From a virus (Duplodnaviria > Caudoviricetes): a stretch of 50,194 nt of DNA. The notes under the pieces were generated by a model. It had not been told where the DNA came from. It worked only from the letters and a program-made list of their open reading frames with translations, and did not search any database. Position 1 is the stretch's first letter, and each line of letters opens with the position of its first letter. A program made the position numbers and the translations under genes. This document shows positions 42,698-50,194 of the stretch, piece by piece. Where the stretch lies: positions 1-50,194 of IMG/VR virus record IMGVR_UViG_3300037439_000134. One strand, written 5' to 3'.

Positions 42698-44273
42698 CCC
42701 GGGCTGCCAGGGCTGCGGGTGGAAGCCGGCGCCGGGTGCGCTGTGGCCTACCGAGGGTCCGACCGCGGTCCGGTGGATCGAGGACAACTGCATCTGCGGT
42801 GAGGGCGACTACTACGGCCAGCTGATCAAGCTGAGGCCGGACCAGCAGGCGTTCCTGTACCGCTGGTACGAGTTCTGCCCGGCATGCGGGCAGTGGCACT
42901 ACGACGAGGCTCTACGGGGTGCGGCGACCGGCGACGGGAAGACCCAGTTCATCGCCAGCATCGTGGTGCTGGAGTTCGCGGGCCCGCCGCAGATCGCGGT
43001 CGCCTCGCCGAACATCCCGATCGCCGCGGCCAGCTTCGAGCAGGCCGATTTGCTGTTCTCGGCGGTGGCGACGATGTGTGGCGGCCGGGACCAGGCGGAC
43101 CGGGCGTCGCCGCTGTGTGGCTTCTTCGAGGTGTACGACACCGAGATCAAGTTCTCGGACAACCGGCCGGGTCGGATCTTCCGGGTGGCGGCGGTGGCCG
43201 GCACCAACGAGGGCGGGCTGCCGAGCCTGTTCGTGTGCGACGAGCTGCACGAGTGGGGCGAGCCGGTGCGGGAGGGCCAGACCGGGGCCCGCAAGGCCCG
43301 GGTCAAGACGGTGATCGGCAAGTCGACCAAGAAGCGGCGCACGGCCCGCGGCTGCGGGCGGGTCATCTCGCTGTCGACCGCCGGCTTCGACATCGACAAC
43401 AGCCTGTTGGGCGACCTGGTGAAGCTGGGCCGGCGGGTGCTGCACGACCCGGCGGTGGCGCCACGGTTCCTGTGTGACTGGCGGGAGGCGCCGGAGGGGC
43501 TGGACTACCGCCGGGCGGACCACCGGGAGCTGGCGGTGCGGGCGGCGTCGGCCGCGGCGGACGTGCTGTGGTCGGTGGCGGACCGGGTCAACGCCTGGGG
43601 CAAGCCGGACTATCCACCGCACGAGTGGATCCGGTACTTCGCGAACCGCTGGGTGGACGTGGCGGAGGATTCGTGGCTCAAGGATCATCCGGCGGCGTGG
43701 GCGGACTGCCGGGGTCAGTGGGAGCCGGACGACGCGAACCCGTGGCTGCTGGCCGTGGACATGGCGTTGAAGCACGATTCGGTGGCGGTGGACCGGTGCG
43801 AGCGGCTGCCGGATGGCCGGGTGGCGGTGACAACCCGGATCTGGCGGGCGGGTGACCACGGCGGCCGCATCCCGCACGACGACGTGTGGACGTACATCCG
43901 CCAGCTGGCCGGCGGGTTGGGTTTCCGCGGCGTGGTCTACGACCCGCGCTATTTCGAGGTGCCGGCGCGGATGCTGGAGGAGCACAGTATCCGGGCGGTG
44001 GAGTTCGACCAGTCGCCGCAGCGGATGGTCCCGGCCGCCGGGCTGGCGTACCGGCTGATCCTTGAGCGGCTGGTGGTGCATGACGGCGACCCGGAGCTGA
44101 CCGCGCACGTCAGGGCGGCGGTGGCGGTGCCGCAGGAGCGGGGCGGGTTCACGCTCCGCAAGGGCCGCAGCAAGGGGCACATCGACGCGGCGGTGGCCAT
44201 GTGCATGGGCGTGTGGGTGCTGCACGAGGTGCCCGAACCAGTGGAGGCTCCTCCGATGGTGGCGTGGCGGTGA
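42630..44273 (+). CDS. terL: Terminase large subunit
   Basis: Walker A GAATGDGKT; Walker B FVCDELHEW; nuclease AVDMALKHD...YDP...HIDAAVA; start uncertain (42624/42630). Confidence 0.93.
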   Translation: MPTTATTRPTRNRVPTRGSSKPDPGCQGCGWKPAPGALWPTEGPTAVRWIEDNCICGEGDYYGQLIKLRPDQQAFLYRWYEFCPACGQWHYDEALRGAATGDGKTQFIASIVVLEFAGPPQIAVASPNIPIAAASFEQADLLFSAVATMCGGRDQADRASPLCGFFEVYDTEIKFSDNRPGRIFRVAAVAGTNEGGLPSLFVCDELHEWGEPVREGQTGARKARVKTVIGKSTKKRRTARGCGRVISLSTAGFDIDNSLLGDLVKLGRRVLHDPAVAPRFLCDWREAPEGLDYRRADHRELAVRAASAAADVLWSVADRVNAWGKPDYPPHEWIRYFANRWVDVAEDSWLKDHPAAWADCRGQWEPDDANPWLLAVDMALKHDSVAVDRCERLPDGRVAVTTRIWRAGDHGGRIPHDDVWTYIRQLAGGLGFRGVVYDPRYFEVPARMLEEHSIRAVEFDQSPQRMVPAAGLAYRLILERLVVHDGDPELTAHVRAAVAVPQERGGFTLRKGRSKGHIDAAVAMCMGVWVLHEVPEPVEAPPMVAWR

Positions 44274-44422
44274 ACGCCCTGCTGGTGGCGCTGGTCCTGG
44301 TCGGGCTGGTCAGCATCGCCGCGGCCGCGTTCCTGGTGGCGCTGCCGCTGGGGCTGCTGGTCGTCGGCGCCGAGGCGCTCGCCGCCGCTTACGCGATCCG
44401 CTATCTGGAGGTGCGCCGATGA
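44270..44422 (+). CDS. Small 2-TM protein between terL and portal
   Basis: Hydrophobic; GTGA/ATGA coupling. Confidence 0.7.
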   Translation: MNALLVALVLVGLVSIAAAAFLVALPLGLLVVGAEALAAAYAIRYLEVRR

Positions 44423-45849
44423 AGCTGCTCGACGCACTCGTCAGGCCTCGGCCGCTGGCGGCCGAGGCGCAGCGGCATGACGTCAGCTGGCTGCTGCAGA
44501 TGCTCGGCCAGCACGGCTCAGTGCTGGACCCGCTGGGCTACCGGACCACCTACGGCAACGATCCGGCCGAGCCGATCGGCGAGACGTTCGTCGACTACAT
44601 CCACAACGCGTACAAGACCAACGGGGTCGTCTACGCCTGCCAGATGGTCCGGCTGCGCGTGTTCGCCGAGGCGCGGTTCCAGTTCCAGCGGATGACCGGT
44701 GGCCGGCCGGGTGAGCTGTTCGGCACCGAGGATCTGGCGATCCTGGAGCGGCCGTGGACGGGTGGCACCACCGGTGACCTGCTGTCGCGGATGATCCTGG
44801 ACGCGGACCTGGCGGGGAACTGGTTCGGGGCGATCATCGACGGCGAGGTGGTCCGGCTGCGGCCGGACTGGGTTGACATCGTCCTGGAGCCGAGGGCCGG
44901 CCCGAACGGCGGCGTGGTCGGCATGCGCAGGGTGGGGTACATCTACTACGAGGGTGGCAAGGACAACACCGCCGCCGGGCTGTACGCCAACGCCGGCACC
45001 CAACCAGAGCCGTTCCTGGTCGGCGAGGTGGCGCATTTCGCGCCGTCGCCGGATCCGCTGGCCTCCTACCGCGGGATGTCCTGGCTGACCCCGGTGGTGC
45101 GTGAGATCCAGTCGGACACGCTGGCCACCAGGCACAAGCAGAAGTTCTTCGAGAACGCGGCGACCCCTAACCTGGCGGTGAAGGCCACCGCCCCGATGAC
45201 GCCGGAGCAGTTCGCCGAGTGGGTGGACATGACCGACGCGGCCCACAAGGGCGTCGACAACGCGTACAAGACGCTGTACACGGCCGGCGGCGCCGACGTG
45301 ACGGTCATCGGCAAGGACATGCGGCAGCTGGACTTCAAGACTGTGCAGGGAGCTGGCGAGACGCGGGTAGCTAACGCTGCCGGCGTCCATCCGGCGGTGG
45401 TGGGACTGTCGGAGGGTATGCAGGGCAGCTCGCTTAACGCCGGCAACTTCGGCGCTGCCAAGCGTGCTACCGCGCAGATCACCATGCGGCCGCTGTGGCG
45501 CAACGCCTCCGGGACGCTGGAGGTGCTGGTTCCGCCGCCGGGCCGGGCGGCGCGGCTGTGGTACGACGATCGGGACATCGAGTTCCTGCGTGAGGACGAG
45601 AAGGACGCGGCGGAGATCCGCAGCATGGACGCGCAGACGCTGGAGACACTGGCACGCGCCGGCGCTGACTGGGACTCGGCGGTTGAGTACGTCAACTCCG
45701 GCGAGGTCTCCCGGCTGCGTGGCAAGCACAGCGGGCTGTTCTCGGTGCAGCTTCAGCCGCCGGGTACGACCGCGGCCCCGGCTGAGCGGCCGGCGGAGCC
45801 AACCGAGCAGCCGGCGGAGTCGTCCGGCGCCGGATCGTCAGGAGGTTGA
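44419..45849 (+). CDS. Portal protein (HK97 family)
   Basis: VYACQ, LAGNWF, YRGMSWL, FFENAATP, ANAAGVHP motifs. Confidence 0.92.
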   Translation: MKLLDALVRPRPLAAEAQRHDVSWLLQMLGQHGSVLDPLGYRTTYGNDPAEPIGETFVDYIHNAYKTNGVVYACQMVRLRVFAEARFQFQRMTGGRPGELFGTEDLAILERPWTGGTTGDLLSRMILDADLAGNWFGAIIDGEVVRLRPDWVDIVLEPRAGPNGGVVGMRRVGYIYYEGGKDNTAAGLYANAGTQPEPFLVGEVAHFAPSPDPLASYRGMSWLTPVVREIQSDTLATRHKQKFFENAATPNLAVKATAPMTPEQFAEWVDMTDAAHKGVDNAYKTLYTAGGADVTVIGKDMRQLDFKTVQGAGETRVANAAGVHPAVVGLSEGMQGSSLNAGNFGAAKRATAQITMRPLWRNASGTLEVLVPPPGRAARLWYDDRDIEFLREDEKDAAEIRSMDAQTLETLARAGADWDSAVEYVNSGEVSRLRGKHSGLFSVQLQPPGTTAAPAERPAEPTEQPAESSGAGSSGG

Positions 45850-45851
45850 CG

Positions 45852-46787
45852 ATGCCCTGGTCTATCGAGGCTGACCACCCGAGTTGCCCGGCGGCGGAGC
45901 CGTTCGCGGTCGTGAAAGACGAAGACGCAGAGGTGGTGGGCTGTCACGTGAGTGAGCAGGCGGCACAGCGGCAGGTGGCGGCTCTGTACGCGGCTGAGGG
46001 TGGCTCGGGCAACGCTGGGCGGTCGCAGCGTCCGGATCCGGTCCCGTACGCCCGTTCCTGGGCGCTGGACGACATCGAGATCCTCCGGACGGCCGACGGG
46101 TTCAGCGACGGCCGTACCGTGTCCGCTTACGCGGCGGTCTTCGACAGGGCGACCGAGATCACCGACCAGCACGGCCACTACATGGAGGTCATCGCGCGGA
46201 CTGCGTTCAATCGGCAGATCGGGCTGGGCCTGGAGCGAGTGGGCGTGTACTACCACCACGGGCTGACGATCCACGGGACACCCAGTGAGCTTGGCAGCGT
46301 GCCGATCGGGTCGCCCGTGACGATCGTTCCCGACCGCAAGGGCCTGCGGACGGTGACCAGGTTCAACGCTAGCCCGCTGGCCGAGTCGGTGCTGGAGGCC
46401 ATCCGGCACGGGGACATCAGGGGCTACTCGTTCCGGGGCCGGATCTTCGAGTCCAAGCCGGCAAGGGTTCCCCGGGTCGCCCGTGGCGGTGCCCTGCCGA
46501 CCATTACCCGTACCGTGCTCGGGCTGACCGAGTACGGTCCGACCCCGTCACCTGCGTACGCGGAGGCCGGCATCCTGGCCATCCGCGCCCTGCAAGCTTT
46601 GGCGTCCACCACTCCGGGGTTTCTGGGCCCGGACCAGGAGACGCCGCCCGTCACTCCCGACCTGGGATCAGACGGTGCCGAGGACCAGCCGGATAGGCAC
46701 TCCGATCGGCTTCGCCAGCGCCACCTCGCCCTGAAGCGGGCGATCCGTGAGCGCGGACTACCGAAGGAGAACGGTCATGGCGCGTAA
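45852..46787 (+). CDS. HK97-type prohead protease with short extra N-domain
   Basis: AYAAVFD, MEVIARTAF, YYHHG, GYSFRG, EYGPTPSPAY. Confidence 0.88.
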   Translation: MPWSIEADHPSCPAAEPFAVVKDEDAEVVGCHVSEQAAQRQVAALYAAEGGSGNAGRSQRPDPVPYARSWALDDIEILRTADGFSDGRTVSAYAAVFDRATEITDQHGHYMEVIARTAFNRQIGLGLERVGVYYHHGLTIHGTPSELGSVPIGSPVTIVPDRKGLRTVTRFNASPLAESVLEAIRHGDIRGYSFRGRIFESKPARVPRVARGGALPTITRTVLGLTEYGPTPSPAYAEAGILAIRALQALASTTPGFLGPDQETPPVTPDLGSDGAEDQPDRHSDRLRQRHLALKRAIRERGLPKENGHGA

Positions 46788-48228
46788 GCGCAGCGAGGTC
46801 CTGACTGAGGAGATGGAGGCGCTCCGCGCCGAGATCCAGGTCATTGAGGGGCTGGAGGAGCCGAGTGACGAGGATCTGACCCGGTCGGAGAACCTGCTGG
46901 CCGAGTGGGACGAGAAGAACGCCCTGAAGGACAAGGCGGTGGAGCGGGAGGCTCAGGTCGCCCGGGTGCTGGAGGCGGGCCAGGTGGCCCGGACCGCGGC
47001 GGCGGTCGAGTCCGGGGACGGGCCGCGGCGCGGCCCTGAGGTGAAGCGGGCCATCGACCCGTACGACAACCAGGAGCAGCTGTTCCGGTCGCTGTTCGGC
47101 GACGTGCTGCTGAACACCGGCGACACGATCAGCCGCGCACAGTCCGCGGTCGACACGTCGCCCCGCTACGTGGACGACACGGCGCGGGAGCGGATGCACG
47201 AGCTGCTGGAGCTGGACAACATGCACGCGCCGCGGATCGCGCGGCACATGCTGATGACCGGCTCGCCGGAGTACCACGAGCAGTTCCGGGACTACGTGAA
47301 GTCCAAGGGGACGATGGTCGGGCAGGCGCTGCGTGCCGCCATGTCGCTGTCGGACTCGGCGGGCGGGTATCTCGTTCCCTTCACGCTCGATCCGTCGATC
47401 ATCCTCACGAACGCCGGTGTCATGGATCCGCTGCGGTCCATCTCGACCATCAAGACGATCACGACGGACGCCTGGAACGGTGTGACGTCGGCGGGCGTGA
47501 CGGCGGAGTGGCTCGGTGAGGGCGCGGAGGCGGCTGACAAGTCGCCGACGTTCGGCCAGCCGGTGATCACGCCGAAGAAGGCGGCCGCGTGGGTGTTCGG
47601 GTCGTACGAGGTTCTGGCCGATTCGGGGTTCGCCTCGGAGCTGGGTCGGCTGCTGGCCGACGCGAAGTCACGCCTGGAGGCTGCGGCGTTCGCCACCGGC
47701 AACGCCGCCGGTCAGCCGATCGGCGTCGTGGCCGCGGTGGGTGCGGTTACCAACTCCATCGTCACCTCGACCACCATCAACGCGTATGCGGTGGCCGACG
47801 TGTACCGGGTGTCGGACGCACTCCGGCCGCGGGACGCCGCTCAGGCGTCGTGGATCGGCAACAAGAAGATCTTCTCGCTGACGCGGCAGTTCGACACGTC
47901 CGGCGGTTCCGCGTTCTGGGCCAACCTGGGGATGGCGGTGCCGAACCAGCTGCTGGGGCAGAACATCTACGAGGCGTCCACGATGACCGGCACCGTGTCC
48001 ACTTCGGCGGCGGTGCTTCTGGCGGGCAACTTCCGTGAGTTTTACATCGTTGACCGGGTCGGGATGAGCGTGCTGTACGAGCCGATGGTGAAGTCCACCG
48101 GGTCGAACCGGCCGACCGGCCAGGCCGGCTGGTTCGCGTTCTGGCGGGTCGGCTCCAACGTGGTGGATCCGGACGCGTTCCGGCTGCTGAAGCTGCACCA
48201 GACCGCAACCGCCATCCCGCTGGCCTAG
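46777..48228 (+). CDS. Major capsid protein (HK97 fold with N-terminal delta domain)
   Basis: SD AAGGAG; coiled-coil N-terminus; AGGYLVP, AEWLGEG, LLGQNIYE, GNFREFYIVDR. Confidence 0.95.
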   Translation: MARKRSEVLTEEMEALRAEIQVIEGLEEPSDEDLTRSENLLAEWDEKNALKDKAVEREAQVARVLEAGQVARTAAAVESGDGPRRGPEVKRAIDPYDNQEQLFRSLFGDVLLNTGDTISRAQSAVDTSPRYVDDTARERMHELLELDNMHAPRIARHMLMTGSPEYHEQFRDYVKSKGTMVGQALRAAMSLSDSAGGYLVPFTLDPSIILTNAGVMDPLRSISTIKTITTDAWNGVTSAGVTAEWLGEGAEAADKSPTFGQPVITPKKAAAWVFGSYEVLADSGFASELGRLLADAKSRLEAAAFATGNAAGQPIGVVAAVGAVTNSIVTSTTINAYAVADVYRVSDALRPRDAAQASWIGNKKIFSLTRQFDTSGGSAFWANLGMAVPNQLLGQNIYEASTMTGTVSTSAAVLLAGNFREFYIVDRVGMSVLYEPMVKSTGSNRPTGQAGWFAFWRVGSNVVDPDAFRLLKLHQTATAIPLA

Positions 48229-48239
48229 TCCCTTCGACG

Positions 48240-48284
48240 AACGGCCGGCCCGGTGTTCGGGACGTTCTCCGGGCCGGCCGTTTC
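48240..48284 (+). terminator. Hairpin/attenuator after the capsid gene
   Basis: AACGGCCGGCCCGG ... CCGGGCCGGCCGTT perfect 14-bp stem followed by only a short T run. Confidence 0.7.
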
Positions 48285-48318
48285 AACGTCCCACTACGTC
48301 CCACTTTGCAGGAGCATC

Positions 48319-49056
48319 ATGACCGACCGCACGGACGAAAAGGTGGTGGTGGCGTACTGCCACCCCGGCAACATCAACGCCGCTTTCCACGAGTCCCTGC
48401 TCGACCTACTGGTCTACGACATGGCGTTCCACCGGCGGATCGTCAATGGCGGTGGCCGGCTGGCCCAGCAGGCGTCCGCGAACCTCGCCGGCCCACGCAA
48501 TGACGTGGTCCGCAAGTTCCTGGCCTATCCGGAGGCGGAGTGGCTGTGGTTCGTCGACACCGACATGGCGTTCCTGCCTGACACGCTGGAGCGGCTGCTG
48601 GAGTTCGCCGACCCGGAGAAGGCGCCGATCGTGGGGGGTCTGTGCTTCTCGGTCGACGCCGGGGTCATGTACCCGACGCTGTACGGGCTGATCGGCGACG
48701 AGGGCAACCCGCAGGTCATCAGGTTCCACGAGTGGCCGCCGGACAGCATGTTCCAGGTGCCGGCCACCGGCACCGGCTGCCTGCTGATTCACAGGGACGC
48801 GCTGGAGCGCATCCGGGACTTCGTGAACCCGGCCACCGGTCAGGTTGGCTTCAACGCGGCCTACCCGTGGTTCCAGGAGACAGCACACGACGACCGGCCG
48901 GTGGGCGAGGACATCACCTTCTGCTGGCGTGCCGGCATAGCTGGCATCCCGGTGTGGGTGAACACCGCGGTGCACATCGGGCACGTCAAGGAGCATCTGC
49001 TCAACCTAGACGCGTACCTGGTGCAGCGCGGCGCGCTGGAGGAGGTGAACGCATGA
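48319..49056 (+). CDS. GT-A glycosyltransferase
   Basis: PRNDVVRKFL, WLWFVDTDM (DxD), TGTGCLLIHR, GEDITFCWR, IGHVK. Confidence 0.85.
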   Translation: MTDRTDEKVVVAYCHPGNINAAFHESLLDLLVYDMAFHRRIVNGGGRLAQQASANLAGPRNDVVRKFLAYPEAEWLWFVDTDMAFLPDTLERLLEFADPEKAPIVGGLCFSVDAGVMYPTLYGLIGDEGNPQVIRFHEWPPDSMFQVPATGTGCLLIHRDALERIRDFVNPATGQVGFNAAYPWFQETAHDDRPVGEDITFCWRAGIAGIPVWVNTAVHIGHVKEHLLNLDAYLVQRGALEEVNA

Positions 49057-49307
49057 AGTACCCGAAGTTCTCAGGATTCGTCGGCTACAAGGGCGACAGC
49101 GTGTGGCTGACGCCGCTGCCGGACGACCACCCGATGGTGCGGGACCTGCCGGACGTGTTCAAGGCCGACCCTGCGCAGGAAGTCGAAAAGGCGACGCCCG
49201 CCAGGCGTAGGCCGGGCCGGTCCGCCCGCAAGGCTCAGCCGCCCGAGCCAACGCCGTTCCGCGGGCTGCAGCCCGACCCGCCTCCGTTAGATGACGCGGA
49301 TGCCTGA
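49053..49307 (+). CDS. Small head-module protein
   Basis: SD GGAGGT; DDHPMVRDLPDVF...VEKAT resembles small post-capsid proteins of actinobacterial prophages. Confidence 0.6.
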   Translation: MKYPKFSGFVGYKGDSVWLTPLPDDHPMVRDLPDVFKADPAQEVEKATPARRRPGRSARKAQPPEPTPFRGLQPDPPPLDDADA

Positions 49308-50194
49308 CACCGCGGTGGTCGTGCCAGTGCTGCGGCGCCCGGGTAACGCGGGGCCGTTCATGGACTCGTTCCGGGCCAGCCGGGCGCCTGATGCCAGGGT
49401 GTACGCGGTCGGGCAGGACGACGACCCGGACACCGCCTCGGCGTGGCTGGCCGCCGGCGCCAACCTGCTGACGGCGGCCGGTACCACGTTCGCGGCCAAG
49501 GTCAACCACGGGTACCGGCACACCGGCGAGGAGTGGCTCTTCCTGGTCGGTGACGACGTGCGGTTCCGGCCGCGCTGGTTGGCCAACGCTCAGCTGGTGG
49601 CGGGCGACCGTTATCACGTGGTCGGCACCAACGATCTACGTAATCCGCGGGTGATTGCTGGCGAACACGCGACCCACATGCTGGTCCGTCGCTCCTACGT
49701 TGACCAGGTCGGCGCGTCGTGGGACGGGCCCGGCGTGGTCGCCCACGAAGGCTACCGGCACTGGTTCTGCAACCCTCCGGAAGCTCCAATCTGGATGAGC
49801 GATCTGACGTTTAGGTCGCTTGGCGAAGTACGCATTGGTGACCAGGTAGTCGGATTCGAGCGACACCAAGCAGAGGGTGCGAAGTTCAGCCTGAATCGAC
49901 TCGTGCGCACGACAGTTTTGGCCATCAAGACCCGCCAGTCGTCGATCGTAAGGGTGACGATGGAGTCGGGCCGATCCTTCCGGTGTACGCCAGACCACCG
50001 CTGGTACAACGCAAGCTGGACGCCTGCGGCGAACCGTCGATGGCCGGACTACCCGCGGTGGGTCACGCCCGCAGTCGGGCGGCAACTGCTGCACGTCGCC
50101 GACGATCCTGGGCCATTACCCGCCGGCTTGGAGCGAACCGCGGGATGGGTGGGTGGAATCTACGATGGCGAGGGCTCGTGGATTCAGATTGCGC
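49300..50194 (+). CDS. 5' part of intein-containing GT-A glycosyltransferase (continues at 128-630 after the overlap)
   Basis: MPDTAVVVPVLRRP...FAAKVNHGY...WLFLVGDDVRF...HEGYRHWF; absent from the ORF track because it runs off the end. Confidence 0.85.
   Translation, partial: MPDTAVVVPVLRRPGNAGPFMDSFRASRAPDARVYAVGQDDDPDTASAWLAAGANLLTAAGTTFAAKVNHGYRHTGEEWLFLVGDDVRFRPRWLANAQLVAGDRYHVVGTNDLRNPRVIAGEHATHMLVRRSYVDQVGASWDGPGVVAHEGYRHWFCNPPEAPIWMSDLTFRSLGEVRIGDQVVGFERHQAEGAKFSLNRLVRTTVLAIKTRQSSIVRVTMESGRSFRCTPDHRWYNASWTPAANRRWPDYPRWVTPAVGRQLLHVADDPGPLPAGLERTAGWVGGIYDGEGSWIQIA
49768..50194 (+). mobile_element. Intein, N-terminal portion (248 aa total: 49768-50067 plus 1-444)
   Basis: Block A CNPPEAPIWMSD..., EVRIGDQV, block B FRCTPDHRW; GC drops at the boundary. 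Confidence 0.9.
50068..50194. repeat. Terminal direct repeat (copy 2)
   Basis: Identical to 1-127. Confidence 0.97.

Noticed and set aside
398-49000. Many long Arg/Pro/Gly-rich alternative-frame and antisense ORFs (e.g. 398-1906 -, 12458-14263 -, 36183-37643 -, 42912-44225 -)
   Set aside because: Shadow ORFs expected at very high GC; they overlap well-supported genes and lack motifs or RBS.
50068-50194. 127-bp terminal repeat as a biological DTR
   Set aside because: It falls mid-gene inside the intein and matches a common assembler k-mer length, so it is best explained as a circular overlap.

Overview
This window looks like a complete, circularly assembled temperate siphophage genome of about 50,067 unique bp (bases 50068-50194 repeat bases 1-127). 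It is very GC-rich, and the WhiB, DUF6221-like and leaderless-promoter features point to an actinobacterial host. The map reads: HNH-terS-terL-portal-HK97 protease-major capsid; a sugar-modification block; head-fibre, neck and tail genes with a -1 frameshifted tail chaperone; amidase endolysin plus membrane proteins; accessory genes; tyrosine integrase, repressor and cro; then an early region (WhiB, exonuclease, ERF, RuvC, DNA methylase, initiator, primase-helicase, MazG-like). The most striking feature is a likely virion-glycosylation module in the morphogenesis operon. It has four soluble glycosyltransferases (one interrupted by an atypical LAGLIDADG intein across the contig junction), a TylF-type O-methyltransferase and a LicD-type transferase, next to a Thr-rich repeat protein that could be the acceptor. 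Other notable signals are an oriC-like DnaA-box cluster plus initiator iterons, a PyrD N-terminal fragment fused to TM helices, a candidate attP inside the repressor gene, and recurrent gene-boundary repeats. All calls come from reading motifs by eye; no searches were run.
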